From an uncultured Solirubrobacterales bacterium (lineage in GTDB: Bacteria; Actinomycetota; Thermoleophilia; Solirubrobacterales; 70-9): a stretch of 64,000 nucleotides of DNA. Shown here in pieces: positions 44,985-54,048 of this stretch. Under the pieces are notes generated by a model that did no database searches, was not told the DNA's origin, and worked only from the letters and a program-made list of their open reading frames with translations. Within the stretch, counting starts at the first letter, position 1, and the number at the start of each line of letters is the position of its first letter. The position numbers and the translations under genes are program-made. The stretch covers positions 2,107,930-2,171,929 of the forward strand of contig OY969915.1 of the NCBI GenBank assembly GCA_963704545.1, given 5' to 3'.

Positions 44985-45847
44985 CGCTCGCCCTCTCCGC
45001 TCTTGGAGGTCAACGAGAGGTAGACGTCCTCGAGGCTGGGCCGCGTCACTTCCAGGCCCTCCAGGTCGAGGCCCTCCGCCACGACACGCCCGGTCAACTC
45101 GTGCAGGTCGGCGACCGGCGTCCTCGTCTCCAGGGAGACCTCCTCGCCACCGAGGCGATATCTGATCGTGGTCGGCAGGCTCTCGCGGTCTCCCAGCCCC
45201 CCGGGGGCGCCGCTGGCGACGATCTCGCCGGCGGCGATGATCGCCGCCCGGTCGGCGAGACGCTGCGCCTCGTCCATGTAGTGCGTGGTGAGGAATACGG
45301 TCTTGCCGAGGTCGCGCAGGCCCTCGATCACGTCCCAGGCCTGGCGGCGCGCCGAGGGATCGAAGCCAGTCGTCGGCTCGTCGAGGAAGAGGAGCTCGGG
45401 GTCGCCGACCAGGGCCATGCCGACGTCGAGGCGACGTTGCTGGCCGCCGGAGAGGCTGCCGGTGCGGGCATCCGCCTTGGCCCCGAGGCCGACCAGCTCG
45501 ATCGTCTCCTCGACCGGGAGCGGCGCCCGGTAGTACCCGGCGTAGAGCCCGAGCGACTCGCGCACGGTGAGGTAGGGGTCGAGTCGGCAGCTCTGCAGGA
45601 CGATCCCGATCCGCTCGCGCCAGGCGCGCCCGGCCCGCTCGGGATCCTCGCCCAGCACGGAGACCTCCCCCCCGCTGCGCTTGCGGTACCCCTCGAGGAT
45701 CTCCACCGTCGTCGTCTTGCCGGCGCCGTTGGGCCCGAGGAAGGCGAAGACCTCGCCCGCCTGGACGTCGAGGTCGATGGCCCGCACCGCCTCGAAGTCG
45801 CCATAGCTCTTGCGCAGGCCGCGGATGGAGATGACGGGTTCGGGCAA
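44981..45847 (-). CDS. ABC transporter ATP-binding protein (DrrA/ABC-2 exporter type)
   Basis: It has Walker A GPNGAGKTT, signature LSGGQQRR and Walker B LFLDEPT. Confidence 0.85.
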   Translation of the reverse strand: MPEPVISIRGLRKSYGDFEAVRAIDLDVQAGEVFAFLGPNGAGKTTTVEILEGYRKRSGGEVSVLGEDPERAGRAWRERIGIVLQSCRLDPYLTVRESLGLYAGYYRAPLPVEETIELVGLGAKADARTGSLSGGQQRRLDVGMALVGDPELLFLDEPTTGFDPSARRQAWDVIEGLRDLGKTVFLTTHYMDEAQRLADRAAIIAAGEIVASGAPGGLGDRESLPTTIRYRLGGEEVSLETRTPVADLHELTGRVVAEGLDLEGLEVTRPSLEDVYLSLTSKSGEGER

Positions 45848-45879
45848 AGCCGGGCGATTCTAGGTCTGAGGCACCGTTT

Positions 45880-45912
45880 CCGTATTCGCCGTCATATGCA
45901 CGGCGAATACGG
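45880..45912 (-). terminator. stem-loop downstream of rapZ
   Basis: There is a perfect 12-bp stem, CCGTATTCGCCG (45880-45891) with CGGCGAATACGG (45901-45912), and a 9-nt loop. It lies 14 nt past the rapZ stop. Confidence 0.55.
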
Positions 45913-45925
45913 GAGCGACCCGCAG

Positions 45926-46855
45926 CTAGTCCAATTCAGCGTCGCGGTGCTTCATGTGGACGACCACGTCGTCGCGGCCTTCCAGCTCGCGGCGGATGCG
46001 ATCGGCGACCGTGATCGAGCGGTGACGGCCGCCGGTGCAGCCGATCGCGATCGTCAGATGACTCTTGCCCTCGGTCACGTAGGCGGGGACCAGGAACTCC
46101 AGCAGGGGCAGCAGGCGGCCGTAGAACTCCCCCGCCTGCGTGCCCGACTCGACGTAGTCGCGCACCCTGCTGTCGAGGCCGGTCAGCGGCCGCAGGTCGT
46201 CGACGTAGTGCGGGTTTGGCAGGAAGCGGACGTCGAGGGTGAGGTCCGCGTCATGCGGCGGCCCGTTCTTGAAGCCGAAGGTGAGCAGCGTCAGCGCCAT
46301 CTTGCCGCTTTCGTGGCGGCCGAGCATCTCCTCGGCGATGCGCCGTCGCAGGGTGCCGCCGCTGAGGCTGCTGGTGTCCATCACCACGTCGGCGCGCTCG
46401 CGCAGCGGCGCCAGCATCTCGCGCTCCGCCCGGATGCCGTCGACGATGTGGCCTTCGGGCGCCAGCGGATGCCGGCGCCGCGTCTCCTTGTAGCGGTCGA
46501 CCAGCGTCTCCTCGTCCGCCTCCAGGAAGAGCACGGTCGGCTTCAGCCCGTCGGCCTGGAGGTCGTCCAACACCTGCAGCAGGTCGTCGAAGTAGTCGCC
46601 GCCGCGCACGTCGGAGACGACGGCGGCCCGCTCCACTCCGCTGCCGTCGTGGCGAAAGAGCTCGCCGAGGCTGCCGATCATCCGCGGCGGCAGGTTGTCG
46701 ACGCAGAAGTAGCCGCCGTCCTCGAAGGCGGCGATCGCCTCCGACTTGCCGGCACCGGAGTGGCCGGTGATGACGACGAGGTTGACCTCGCGCCCCCCGG
46801 CCTTCCGGTTGCCTGCGGCGGCTTCCTTTGCCTTGGAAGGACTCCTTGCCATCAA
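45926..46855 (-). CDS. rapZ: RNase adapter / nucleotide-binding protein RapZ (YvcJ)
   Basis: VVITGHSGAGKSEAIAAFEDGGYFCVDNLPP...IGCTGGRHRS fits RapZ. The start overlaps the uvrC stop (TTGATG). Confidence 0.85.
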   Translation of the reverse strand: MMARSPSKAKEAAAGNRKAGGREVNLVVITGHSGAGKSEAIAAFEDGGYFCVDNLPPRMIGSLGELFRHDGSGVERAAVVSDVRGGDYFDDLLQVLDDLQADGLKPTVLFLEADEETLVDRYKETRRRHPLAPEGHIVDGIRAEREMLAPLRERADVVMDTSSLSGGTLRRRIAEEMLGRHESGKMALTLLTFGFKNGPPHDADLTLDVRFLPNPHYVDDLRPLTGLDSRVRDYVESGTQAGEFYGRLLPLLEFLVPAYVTEGKSHLTIAIGCTGGRHRSITVADRIRRELEGRDDVVVHMKHRDAELD

Positions 46856-48747
46856 CCCGTCCTGTTCAGTTGCTCGTGGATCTCACGGGCTACCTTGCCA
46901 GGCACGCCGGGCACCATTTCGAGCTCCTCGCGGGTGGCCGCGACGAACCGCTCTGGAGAGCCGAAATGCTGGAGCAGGGCCCGCTTGCGCACCGGGCCCA
47001 CCCCCTTCAGCTCGTCGAGCACCGAGCCGGTCATCGCCCGGTCGCGGCGGCCGCGGTGGTGGTCGATCGCAAAGCGGTGGGCCTCGTCGCGCACCCGCTG
47101 CAGCAGCTTCGAGGCCTCCGACTCGGCGGGCAGGTCGATCGGCCCCGCCCGGCCGGGCACGTAGACCTCCTCCAGCTTCTTGGCCAGGCCGATCACGGTG
47201 ACGCCGCGCTCGACGAAGGGGCGCAGGACCCGCATCCCCGCCGAGAGCTGCCCCTTGCCGCCGTCGATCACGACAAGGGACGGCAGCGAGGCGAAGCTCG
47301 CGTCGCGCTTGCCGTCGTGCGGCGAGAGGTCGACCTGCTCGAGGTAGCGGTTCATACGCCGGCCCAGCACCTCTTCCATCGAGGCGAAGTCATCGGGGCC
47401 GTCGCCGCGCCCGTCGCCGTCCTCGCCGCGCACCCGGAACCGCCTGTAGTCGGCCTTCTTCGTCGCACCCCCCTCGAACACCACCATCGAGGCAACGGTG
47501 TGCTCGCCGCCGAGGTTGGAGATGTCGAATCCCTCGATCCGCACCGGCAGCTCCTGCATGCCGAGCGCCTCGCGCAGGTCGGCCAGCGACTCGACCCGTC
47601 GCTGCCGGCGGTGCTCGCGTCGCAGCCGGTCCTGGTCGAGGGCGAGGCGGGCGTTGCGCTCGGCCAGCTCGCGCAGGCGTCGCTTGTCGCCGCGCTCGGC
47701 GACGCGCACCTCGACCGTGCCGCCGCGCCGCTCGCTCAGCGCCGCCCCCAGCAGCTCGACCCGGTCGCGCAGGTAGGGGCCGACGACGATCGTCCGCGGC
47801 ACCGCCGGCGAGGCCGAGTAGTACTGGCCGACGAACTCCTCCGCCACCTCGGACAGCTCGCGTTCGGCCTGGTTGTCGAGGTAGAAGCTCTGGCGCTCGG
47901 CGAGGATGCCGTCGCGCACCTGGAAGACCTGGGCGTTGGCGTCGGCCCCCTCGGCCGCGACCCCGATCAGGTCGGCGGTGCCGACCGTGCCCCCGGCGAC
48001 GCGCTGGCGCTCGAACAGCGACTGGATCGCCTTCAGCCGGTCGCGGTGCAGGGCGGCGCGCTCGAACTCGCGCTCCGTCGCCGCGCCCTCCATCTTCGCC
48101 TGCTCGTCGGCCTCGACCTGCCGGTAGCGCCCGGAGAGGAAGTCGACGATGGCGTCGACGTTGCGGCGGTACTCCTCGCGGGTGATGTAGCCGACGCAGG
48201 GCGCCCCGCAGCGCTTGATGTAGTAGTCGAGGCAGGGACTGCCGGAGCGGCGGCCGGGCTCGGCGCCCTCGCAGGTGCGGAACTGGAACAGCTTGCCGAG
48301 CAGGTCGAGGGTCTCGCGCACGCGCTTGGCGCTGGAGAACGGCCCGAAATAGGCACGGCCCGGCCGGTGCTTCTCGCGGGTGAAGTAGACGCGCGGGTAG
48401 TCCTCGTCGAGGCTGACGCAGACGTAGGGGTAGGACTTGTCGTCGCGCAGGCGGATGTTGAAGCGGGGGCGGTGGCGCTTGATGAAGCTCTGCTCCGCGA
48501 GCAGCGCCTCGGCCTCGGTCGAGGTGAGGAGGCACTCGATCCGGTCCACTCGCGAGGTGAGCCGGGTGTCTCCGCCGGAGAAGTGCGAGGCGACCCGCTT
48601 GCGGATCGAGCGGGCCTTGCCGACGTAGAGGATCTCGCCCTCGCCGTCGTGGAAGAGGTAGACGCCGGGCGAGTCGGGCAGCTCGCGCCGCTGCTGCGCG
48701 ACCCGTTCGGCCCGTGTCGCCTGCGTCCTGTCGTCGGCGTCGTTCAC
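46852..48747 (-). CDS. uvrC: excinuclease ABC subunit C
   Basis: It has a GIY-YIG N-terminus (PGVYLFHDGEGEILYVGKARSIRKRV), a UVR domain and a C-terminal HhH. The start was trimmed to GTG 48747. Confidence 0.9.
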   Translation of the reverse strand: MNDADDRTQATRAERVAQQRRELPDSPGVYLFHDGEGEILYVGKARSIRKRVASHFSGGDTRLTSRVDRIECLLTSTEAEALLAEQSFIKRHRPRFNIRLRDDKSYPYVCVSLDEDYPRVYFTREKHRPGRAYFGPFSSAKRVRETLDLLGKLFQFRTCEGAEPGRRSGSPCLDYYIKRCGAPCVGYITREEYRRNVDAIVDFLSGRYRQVEADEQAKMEGAATEREFERAALHRDRLKAIQSLFERQRVAGGTVGTADLIGVAAEGADANAQVFQVRDGILAERQSFYLDNQAERELSEVAEEFVGQYYSASPAVPRTIVVGPYLRDRVELLGAALSERRGGTVEVRVAERGDKRRLRELAERNARLALDQDRLRREHRRQRRVESLADLREALGMQELPVRIEGFDISNLGGEHTVASMVVFEGGATKKADYRRFRVRGEDGDGRGDGPDDFASMEEVLGRRMNRYLEQVDLSPHDGKRDASFASLPSLVVIDGGKGQLSAGMRVLRPFVERGVTVIGLAKKLEEVYVPGRAGPIDLPAESEASKLLQRVRDEAHRFAIDHHRGRRDRAMTGSVLDELKGVGPVRKRALLQHFGSPERFVAATREELEMVPGVPGKVAREIHEQLNRTG

Positions 48748-48821
48748 AGGCCAAAGGGTAGGCTCCTGGCCAGCCGGCCAGAGCCACCAGACCAAAACTT
48801 CATGCCCAGAGGGAGAGCGAG

Positions 48822-49646
48822 ATGACCACGGAGACGCTGAGCACACCCGAGTTGAAAACGATGAAGCTTGAGATCGACGGGGAGATCGGCATCCTCACCC
48901 TCGACCGCCCCGAGGCCTTCAACGCGATGAGCCCGGAGATGATCGGCGAGATGACGGTGGCCTTCCCGTGGCTCGCCGACCAGGCGCCGCTGCGGGCGCT
49001 TATCGTGACCGGCTCCGGCAAAGCCTTCTGCTCGGGCGGCGACGTCAACTGGTTCAAAGAGGGCGTCTCCTCCGAGGAGATCGACCTGCCCGCCCAGGTG
49101 CGCCGCGGCGCCGACGCGCTGCACATGGCGATCGTCGACCTCCGCCGCATCCCCTACCCGGTGATCTGCGCCGTCAACGGCCCGGCGGCCGGCGCCGGCT
49201 TCTCGCTGGCGCTCGCCTGCGACATCCGGATCTCCTCCGAGGACGCCTTCTTCGCCTGCGCCTACGGCCGCATCGGCGCCTCTCCCGACGGCGGCATGAC
49301 CTACTTCCTGCCGCGCGTCGTCGGGCCAAGCCGGGCGCTGGAAATCCTCCTCAACGACCCCAACATGACCGCCGAGGACGCGCTGGCCGAGAAGCTCGTC
49401 TCCGAGGTCGTCGCCCCCGAGGAGCTGATGGACCGGGCGCGAGCGAAGGCCGAGAAGCTTGCGGCTAAGGCCCCCCACTACGTGCGGATGGCGAAAATCC
49501 TCGCCGGCCAGAGCATCGAGAACAACCTCACCGAGCACCTGCAGCTGGAGCGCCACGGGATCGCCGACAGCATGGCCACCGAGGACCTGCGCAACGGTGT
49601 CGAGGCCTTCTTCGGCGGCGACACCCCGGAGTTCAAGGGCCGCTGA
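48822..49646 (+). CDS. enoyl-CoA hydratase/isomerase (crotonase) family protein
   Basis: LTLDRPEAFNAM...GKAFCSGGD...VNGPAAGAGFSLALACD is the crotonase pattern. Confidence 0.85.
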   Translation: MTTETLSTPELKTMKLEIDGEIGILTLDRPEAFNAMSPEMIGEMTVAFPWLADQAPLRALIVTGSGKAFCSGGDVNWFKEGVSSEEIDLPAQVRRGADALHMAIVDLRRIPYPVICAVNGPAAGAGFSLALACDIRISSEDAFFACAYGRIGASPDGGMTYFLPRVVGPSRALEILLNDPNMTAEDALAEKLVSEVVAPEELMDRARAKAEKLAAKAPHYVRMAKILAGQSIENNLTEHLQLERHGIADSMATEDLRNGVEAFFGGDTPEFKGR

Positions 49647-49718
49647 ACTCATCTGGTCTGCGCCCGTATGCAGCTACAGTCCCACTTAGCGTTCTCCCTG
49701 ACGGAAAGGATCCCAGCC

Positions 49719-50171
49719 ATGAAGAAGGTCGCGGCACTCCTCGTCCTCGCCCTCGCTGCGTTTGCCCTCGTCGCCTGCGGCGGTGACGACGACACGACCA
49801 GCTCCAGCACCGAACCCGCGCCGGAAGCAACGACCGAAGGCAACGCGAACGCCGGCGGCGGCTCCGATGAAGCCGGCGGTGGCGGCGCGACCCTCAGCTT
49901 CGAGGCAGACCCCGAAGGCGCCCTCGCCTACACCACGACCGAGGCCACGACCGAAGCCGGCAAGGTGACCGTCGAGTTCGACAACCCGCAGTCGCTGACC
50001 CACGACGTCGCGATCGAAGACTCCAGCGGCAAGGAGGTCGGCGCCACCGAACTGATCGCCGACAGCTCCGACTCGACCACGGTCAACCTCAAACCCGGCA
50101 CCTACACCTTCTTCTGCTCCGTTCCCGGCCATCGCGAAGCGGGGATGGAAGGGACGCTGACGGTCGAATAG
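49719..50171 (+). CDS. cupredoxin (plastocyanin/azurin-like) lipoprotein
   Basis: MKKVAALLVLALAAFALVACGG is a lipobox. The type-1 Cu ligand pattern is H (THDV)...FFCSVPGHREAGMEG. Confidence 0.75.
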   Translation: MKKVAALLVLALAAFALVACGGDDDTTSSSTEPAPEATTEGNANAGGGSDEAGGGGATLSFEADPEGALAYTTTEATTEAGKVTVEFDNPQSLTHDVAIEDSSGKEVGATELIADSSDSTTVNLKPGTYTFFCSVPGHREAGMEGTLTVE

Positions 50172-50184
50172 GCGACGTAGTCGC

Positions 50185-50208
50185 GGCGCCCGTCAGCCGG
50201 CGGGCGCC
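50185..50208. terminator. stem-loop after the cupredoxin gene; right arm lies in repeat copy A
   Basis: GGCGCCCG (50185-50192) pairs with CGGGCGCC (50201-50208) around an 8-nt loop. Confidence 0.4.
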
Positions 50209-50284
50209 ATCACGCGGGTGACGCGAAGCCTGCCAGGCTTGACGCAGACAAAACAATCCGAGAGGCCCCCTAGACTCGCGGCGC

Positions 50285-50518
50285 ATGGGGCAGTTCCCGT
50301 CGATGAAGGCAAAGCGCCTGCTGGCCACCCTGGAACGCAAGCCGCTCAGCTATCGCGTTGCACGCCAAACTGGCTCGCATCGCCGCTTGGAAGCGCCGGA
50401 CCGACCCCCGCTGACCTTCGCGTTCCATGACAACGCGACAATCCCCTCCGGCCTCGTGCGCAAGATCCTCGTCAGGGACGTTGGACTTGCCGAGGACGAG
50501 GCTCGAAAGCTACTCTGA
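50285..50518 (+). CDS. hicA: HicA-family mRNA interferase toxin
   Basis: MKAKRLLATLERK.....VARQTGSHRRL...TFAFHDNATIPSGLVRKIL fits HicA. The true start may be the MKAKRLL ATG at 50303. Confidence 0.75.
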   Translation: MGQFPSMKAKRLLATLERKPLSYRVARQTGSHRRLEAPDRPPLTFAFHDNATIPSGLVRKILVRDVGLAEDEARKLL

Positions 50519-50531
50519 CGTGGAGAATCAA

Positions 50532-50729
50532 ATGGAGACCGTGCGCGTCATCTATCACCACGAGGCCGACGGCTGGTGGGCCGAGTCGCCCGACGTCGAG
50601 GGCTGGTCTGCGGCTGGCGACTCCTATGAGGAGGTCGTCAAGCTCGCCGAAAAGGGCATCCCATTCGCCCTAGAGCACGACGCAAACTTGGAGCACTTCG
50701 TTCCAGCTGGCGAGCACGTCGCAGCTTAG
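50532..50729 (+). CDS. hicB: HicB-like antitoxin (UPF0150 fold, short form without DNA-binding domain)
   Basis: Trimmed to METVRVIYHHEADGWWAESPDVEGWSAAGDSYEEVVKLAEKGIPFAL. Confidence 0.65.
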   Translation: METVRVIYHHEADGWWAESPDVEGWSAAGDSYEEVVKLAEKGIPFALEHDANLEHFVPAGEHVAA

Positions 50730-50731
50730 CT

Positions 50732-50919
50732 GCCGGCGGGCGCCATCACGCGGGTGACGGAGTCGCCCACGAAGCAAGGCTTCTCGTGCCCTCAACCTCG
50801 AGGGTGAAGCGGGTCACTGCCTCGTACCAGCCGCCGCCTTTGTCGTCGATCGAACGATCTCGGCCTTGGCGTGAACCCTGGAGTCGACCGGCACGGGGAC
50901 TGGGGAAGCGGGTCTTGTT
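50732..50919 (-). pseudogene. dead duplicate of the 3' end of the MaoC-type dehydratase gene (repeat copy B)
   Basis: It is about 90 percent identical, by eye, to 54054-54240. Two 1-nt deletions break the frame. Confidence 0.7.
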
Positions 50920-50955
50920 GGCGATGTATGAATTGTCCGACGCGATCCCGCTAGA

Positions 50956-51983
50956 TGTAGTTCCTAACCACGTTGTTCATCCGGGCCTCCTTGAAGGCTG
51001 GGGTTGTCGAGACACCCAGCAACAAGGAGGACACCGGATGGATCTTCACGCTAATGCCCCCTTCGGCCCGAAGGGAAGGCTGACGATGGTCAGGCGGGTT
51101 ACCGAGCAGGGATGGTCGCTCGCGGAGGCGGCCGAGGCCGCCGGAGTGAGCGAGCGCACCGTCTGCAAGTGGGTGGGCCGCTACCGCGCCGAGGGCGAGC
51201 CGGGCCTTTGGGACCGAAGCTCTGAGCCGCGCTCGGTCCCCCACCGCACCCCCGTGGATCGCGTCGAGGCGATCGCCGCCCTGCGGCGCCTGCGGATGAC
51301 CGGGCCCGAGACCGCCGAGTGCCTGGGGATGGCGCTCTCCACGGTCTCGGCGGTGCTGAGGAGGATCGGCCTGGGCAGGCTCTCCCGCCTGGAGCCGCCC
51401 GAGCCACCCAACCGCTACGAACGAGCTCGCCCCGGCGAGCTGATTCACATCGACGTCAAGAGGCTGGTGCGGATCAAACGTGGCGCCGGGCACCGGGTGA
51501 CCGGCAAGCGCACCTGGCAGGCCGAAGGCGCCGGGCGGGAGTACGTCCACGTTTGCGTCGATGACGCCACCCGGCTCGCCTATGTCGAGGTCTTGGCCGA
51601 CGAGAAGACCAAGACGGCAATCGGCTTCCTGCGGAGGGCCCTCGCCTTCTACGCCGCCCACGGGGTCACCGTCGAGAGGCTGATGACCGATAACGGCGGC
51701 GCCTACGTCTCGACCGCCCACGCGATCGCCTGCCGGGCGCTGGGAATCCGCCACATCCGCACCCGCCCTTACCGGCCTCAGACCAACGGCAAGGCCGAGC
51801 GCTTCATCCGCACCATGCTGGGCGGCTGGGCCTATGGAGCGATCTACCGCGACTCCGCGCAGCGCACCGCGGCGCTACCCGGCTGGCTGGACTTCTATAA
51901 CTGGTGCAGACCGCACGGCGCCCTTGCTCACAAGCCGCCCGGGACTCGGCTTGCCGAGTTGAACAACGTGGCTGGTTCTTACA
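50956..51983 (+). mobile_element. IS481-family insertion sequence no. 1 (about 1028 bp)
   Basis: Imperfect inverted repeats start TGTAG... and end ...TTACA (17 of 25 match by eye). It is flanked by a perfect 6-bp direct repeat GCTAGA (50950-50955 and 51984-51989). Confidence 0.8.
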
Positions 51984-51988
51984 GCTAG
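51038..51988 (+). CDS. IS481-family DDE transposase
   Basis: It has an N-terminal HTH (GWSLAEAAEAAGVSERTVCKWVGRY), HIDVK..., TDNGGAY and RPYRPQTNGKAERF. Its TAG stop lies in the target duplication, outside the IS. Confidence 0.85.
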   Translation: MDLHANAPFGPKGRLTMVRRVTEQGWSLAEAAEAAGVSERTVCKWVGRYRAEGEPGLWDRSSEPRSVPHRTPVDRVEAIAALRRLRMTGPETAECLGMALSTVSAVLRRIGLGRLSRLEPPEPPNRYERARPGELIHIDVKRLVRIKRGAGHRVTGKRTWQAEGAGREYVHVCVDDATRLAYVEVLADEKTKTAIGFLRRALAFYAAHGVTVERLMTDNGGAYVSTAHAIACRALGIRHIRTRPYRPQTNGKAERFIRTMLGGWAYGAIYRDSAQRTAALPGWLDFYNWCRPHGALAHKPPGTRLAELNNVAGSYS

Positions 51989-52010
51989 AAGGCCCACCAT
52001 CCCTGCCAGC

Positions 52011-52976
52011 TCAGGCATGCGCTGAATGCCCCTCCGCCAGATCATCAAATCGCGGGCCTTGAGCGAGCACCCGTAGCCGCTCGGGCGGCTTGTCGTTCCA
52101 CCAGCAAACCACCCAAGCCCCCTCGCTCCGGAGCCGGGGTGCCTCAGCCTCAAGAACTGGGTCAGACGTGCGGAAGCAGAAGAAGATGTTACGTTCCGTC
52201 AGGGCTGCGTCGTGAAGATCCTGGAGCCCCGGCTGATGGAGAAACTCGTGCCCCTCTTGGTTGGATTCTCCCCCTGCGATTAGAAAGCGGAGGGAATGAT
52301 TCGTCAATCCGCCAATGCAATGCGGCTCAGGGGATTCGAAAGGCTCATCAGAACCCGCTCGCCGACGTTCGGCCAGGTCAGCGAGCACAGCGTAGTTCCG
52401 TTGAATTAGTTCGGCCCCCCTGACAACTTGGGGGCTCAACATACGGCGCACAGGCTCATCGAGCAGCCTGCAAGTCTCATCGATCTTTATCACGGGTAGA
52501 TCGGTGAAATCCCCACTATGGCTATACGCGAGCGCCACGTGGATCAAGTTATGGCGCACCTCCTCCATCGCTCCGGTCAAGGCCATATCCACCCGGGAGC
52601 GAAGTGATCTCGCTTCGGACCGTTGATCAAAGAACCGAATAAGGACCGTGGTCCACAGCGCCCCGATCGCCAAGACAAGTCCAAGGAGCGTGAGCACTCC
52701 TTGGTTGGCGTTTAGTTGACAAGCGAAATCTGCGCGCCCCGAACACTGGGGCCCTTCCTGAAAGATCCAAATGTAGGCAACTCCAGCCACGCCGACGCCA
52801 AGCGCAGTGGCAACGATCACGGGCACAAGTCGACGCAGATCCTGATCGCGCCTCAGGATCATCACAGCCGCGATGGCGACACCCTCAAGCGCTATGAAGA
52901 TCCCGATCAGCAGGAGCACGGCTGTGATCCTATTTGGCGAGCCCCTAGTTGTCCTACCCACGGACGTTGTGAACAC
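52011..52976 (-). CDS. hypothetical membrane protein (3 TM + about 200-aa domain of unknown function)
   Basis: The ORF is visibly less GC-rich than the surrounding DNA. The first 9 codons lie inside IS481 no. 2, so the native start is more likely GTG at 52919 (VLLLIGIFIALEG...). Confidence 0.5.
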   Translation of the reverse strand: MFTTSVGRTTRGSPNRITAVLLLIGIFIALEGVAIAAVMILRRDQDLRRLVPVIVATALGVGVAGVAYIWIFQEGPQCSGRADFACQLNANQGVLTLLGLVLAIGALWTTVLIRFFDQRSEARSLRSRVDMALTGAMEEVRHNLIHVALAYSHSGDFTDLPVIKIDETCRLLDEPVRRMLSPQVVRGAELIQRNYAVLADLAERRRAGSDEPFESPEPHCIGGLTNHSLRFLIAGGESNQEGHEFLHQPGLQDLHDAALTERNIFFCFRTSDPVLEAEAPRLRSEGAWVVCWWNDKPPERLRVLAQGPRFDDLAEGHSAHA

Positions 52977-54008
52977 GGCTGAGCGGCGGCCGATCTCCCA
53001 GTGAGCTGTGCGGGCGACGCCGGTTGTAGTAGCGAAGGAAGGATGCCATGGCCCTGGCGCGTTCGGTTGAGTTGGGCCAGGAGTGGGCGTAGGCCCACTC
53101 CCTCTTCAGGGTCTGGATGAAGCGCTCGACCTTGCCGTTCCAGCGCGGCGTGTAGGGCGGGGTGAGGATGTGGCGGGCGCCGTGTCGAGCCAGCTGCGCC
53201 TTGAAGGCATTTGATCTGCGGTAGGCGAAAGCGTTGTCGCTCATCACCGCCTCGGGCGCCTTCATGCCGAGCGAAGTGAAGTGCTCGATCGCCCGGCCCA
53301 GCACCGCCGCCGCGGTGTCCCCTCCTTGATCTCGATGCTGCTCGACGTAGGCGTAGCGTGAGTGGTCGTCGATCACGCAGTGCAGGTAGACGTAGCCGAC
53401 TCCGGCCCGCTTCTCGGCCCCCGTCATGTCGCGGACGCCGGTGACCGCATGCCCAGGGCGATTGAAGCGTGCCAGGCGGGCGACGTCGACGTGCAGGAGC
53501 GCTCCCGGCTCAGACCACTCATAGCGGCGGTAGGTCTCGCGGGCTGCCCTGCGCCGCTGCGAGAGGCCGTGGCGGTGCAGCACCTTCCAGATCGTCGAGC
53601 GCGACCGGCGGCAGATTCCCGCCAGGCGCCCGGGTCCCAGGCCGGTCTGCCGGCGGGCTCGCAGGATCGACTCCTCCTCGGCGGCGCTGAGCCGCCGCGG
53701 CTGGCGGTGGGGTCGTGAGGAGCGGTCGGCCAGCCAGCGCCCAGAGCTTCGTTGCTCCTCGTCGGCCGAGCGCCAGCGATGCCACCAGCGGTGGGCTGTG
53801 GCCGGCGCCACGTTGAGGGCGGCAGCTGCCGCCCTCAACGTCATCCCCGACTCGATGGCCCGCACCAATGCCAGCCGTCCCGCTGGTCCGAGAGCGGCGT
53901 TACCGTGAACCTTCATCCGGGTCCTCCTTAGCTTGGGCGTCAGAACCGCAAGCGTCTTGGAGGGCCCGGATGGCTTCTCAGGCGTTCACAACGTGTGTGG
54001 GCGGGTCA
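52950..54008 (-). mobile_element. IS481-family insertion sequence no. 2 (about 1059 bp)
   Basis: The inverted repeats are TGTCCTACCCACGGACGTTGTGAACA and TGACCCGCCCACACACGTTGTGAACG (20 of 26 match by eye). It is flanked by a perfect 6-bp direct repeat CCTAGT (52944-52949 and 54009-54014). Confidence 0.8.
52954..53916 (-). CDS. IS481-family DDE transposase (distant from no. 1)
   Basis: MKVHGNAALGPAGRLALV...HVDVARL...MSDNAFAY...PPYTPRWNGKVERF fits the family. It is clearly a different sequence from the 51038 transposase. Confidence 0.85.
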   Translation of the reverse strand: MKVHGNAALGPAGRLALVRAIESGMTLRAAAAALNVAPATAHRWWHRWRSADEEQRSSGRWLADRSSRPHRQPRRLSAAEEESILRARRQTGLGPGRLAGICRRSRSTIWKVLHRHGLSQRRRAARETYRRYEWSEPGALLHVDVARLARFNRPGHAVTGVRDMTGAEKRAGVGYVYLHCVIDDHSRYAYVEQHRDQGGDTAAAVLGRAIEHFTSLGMKAPEAVMSDNAFAYRRSNAFKAQLARHGARHILTPPYTPRWNGKVERFIQTLKREWAYAHSWPNSTERARAMASFLRYYNRRRPHSSLGDRPPLSRVHNVRG

Positions 54009-54048
54009 CCTAGTTCCTAATGCTGACGGAAGACCCGTGGAACAGGCA

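Noticed and set aside
50956-54008. A composite transposon made of the two IS481 elements carrying the membrane-protein gene.
   Set aside because: The two elements have very different transposases and different terminal repeats. Each has its own perfect 6-bp target duplication, which indicates independent simple insertions.
54010-54030. The sequence TAGTTCCTAA just outside IS481 no. 2 matches the inner left end of IS481 no. 1 (50958-50967), which might be a remnant of a third IS end.
   Set aside because: Only 10 nt match and part of the match is the CTAG target itself. The similarity stops immediately afterwards, so it is probably coincidental.
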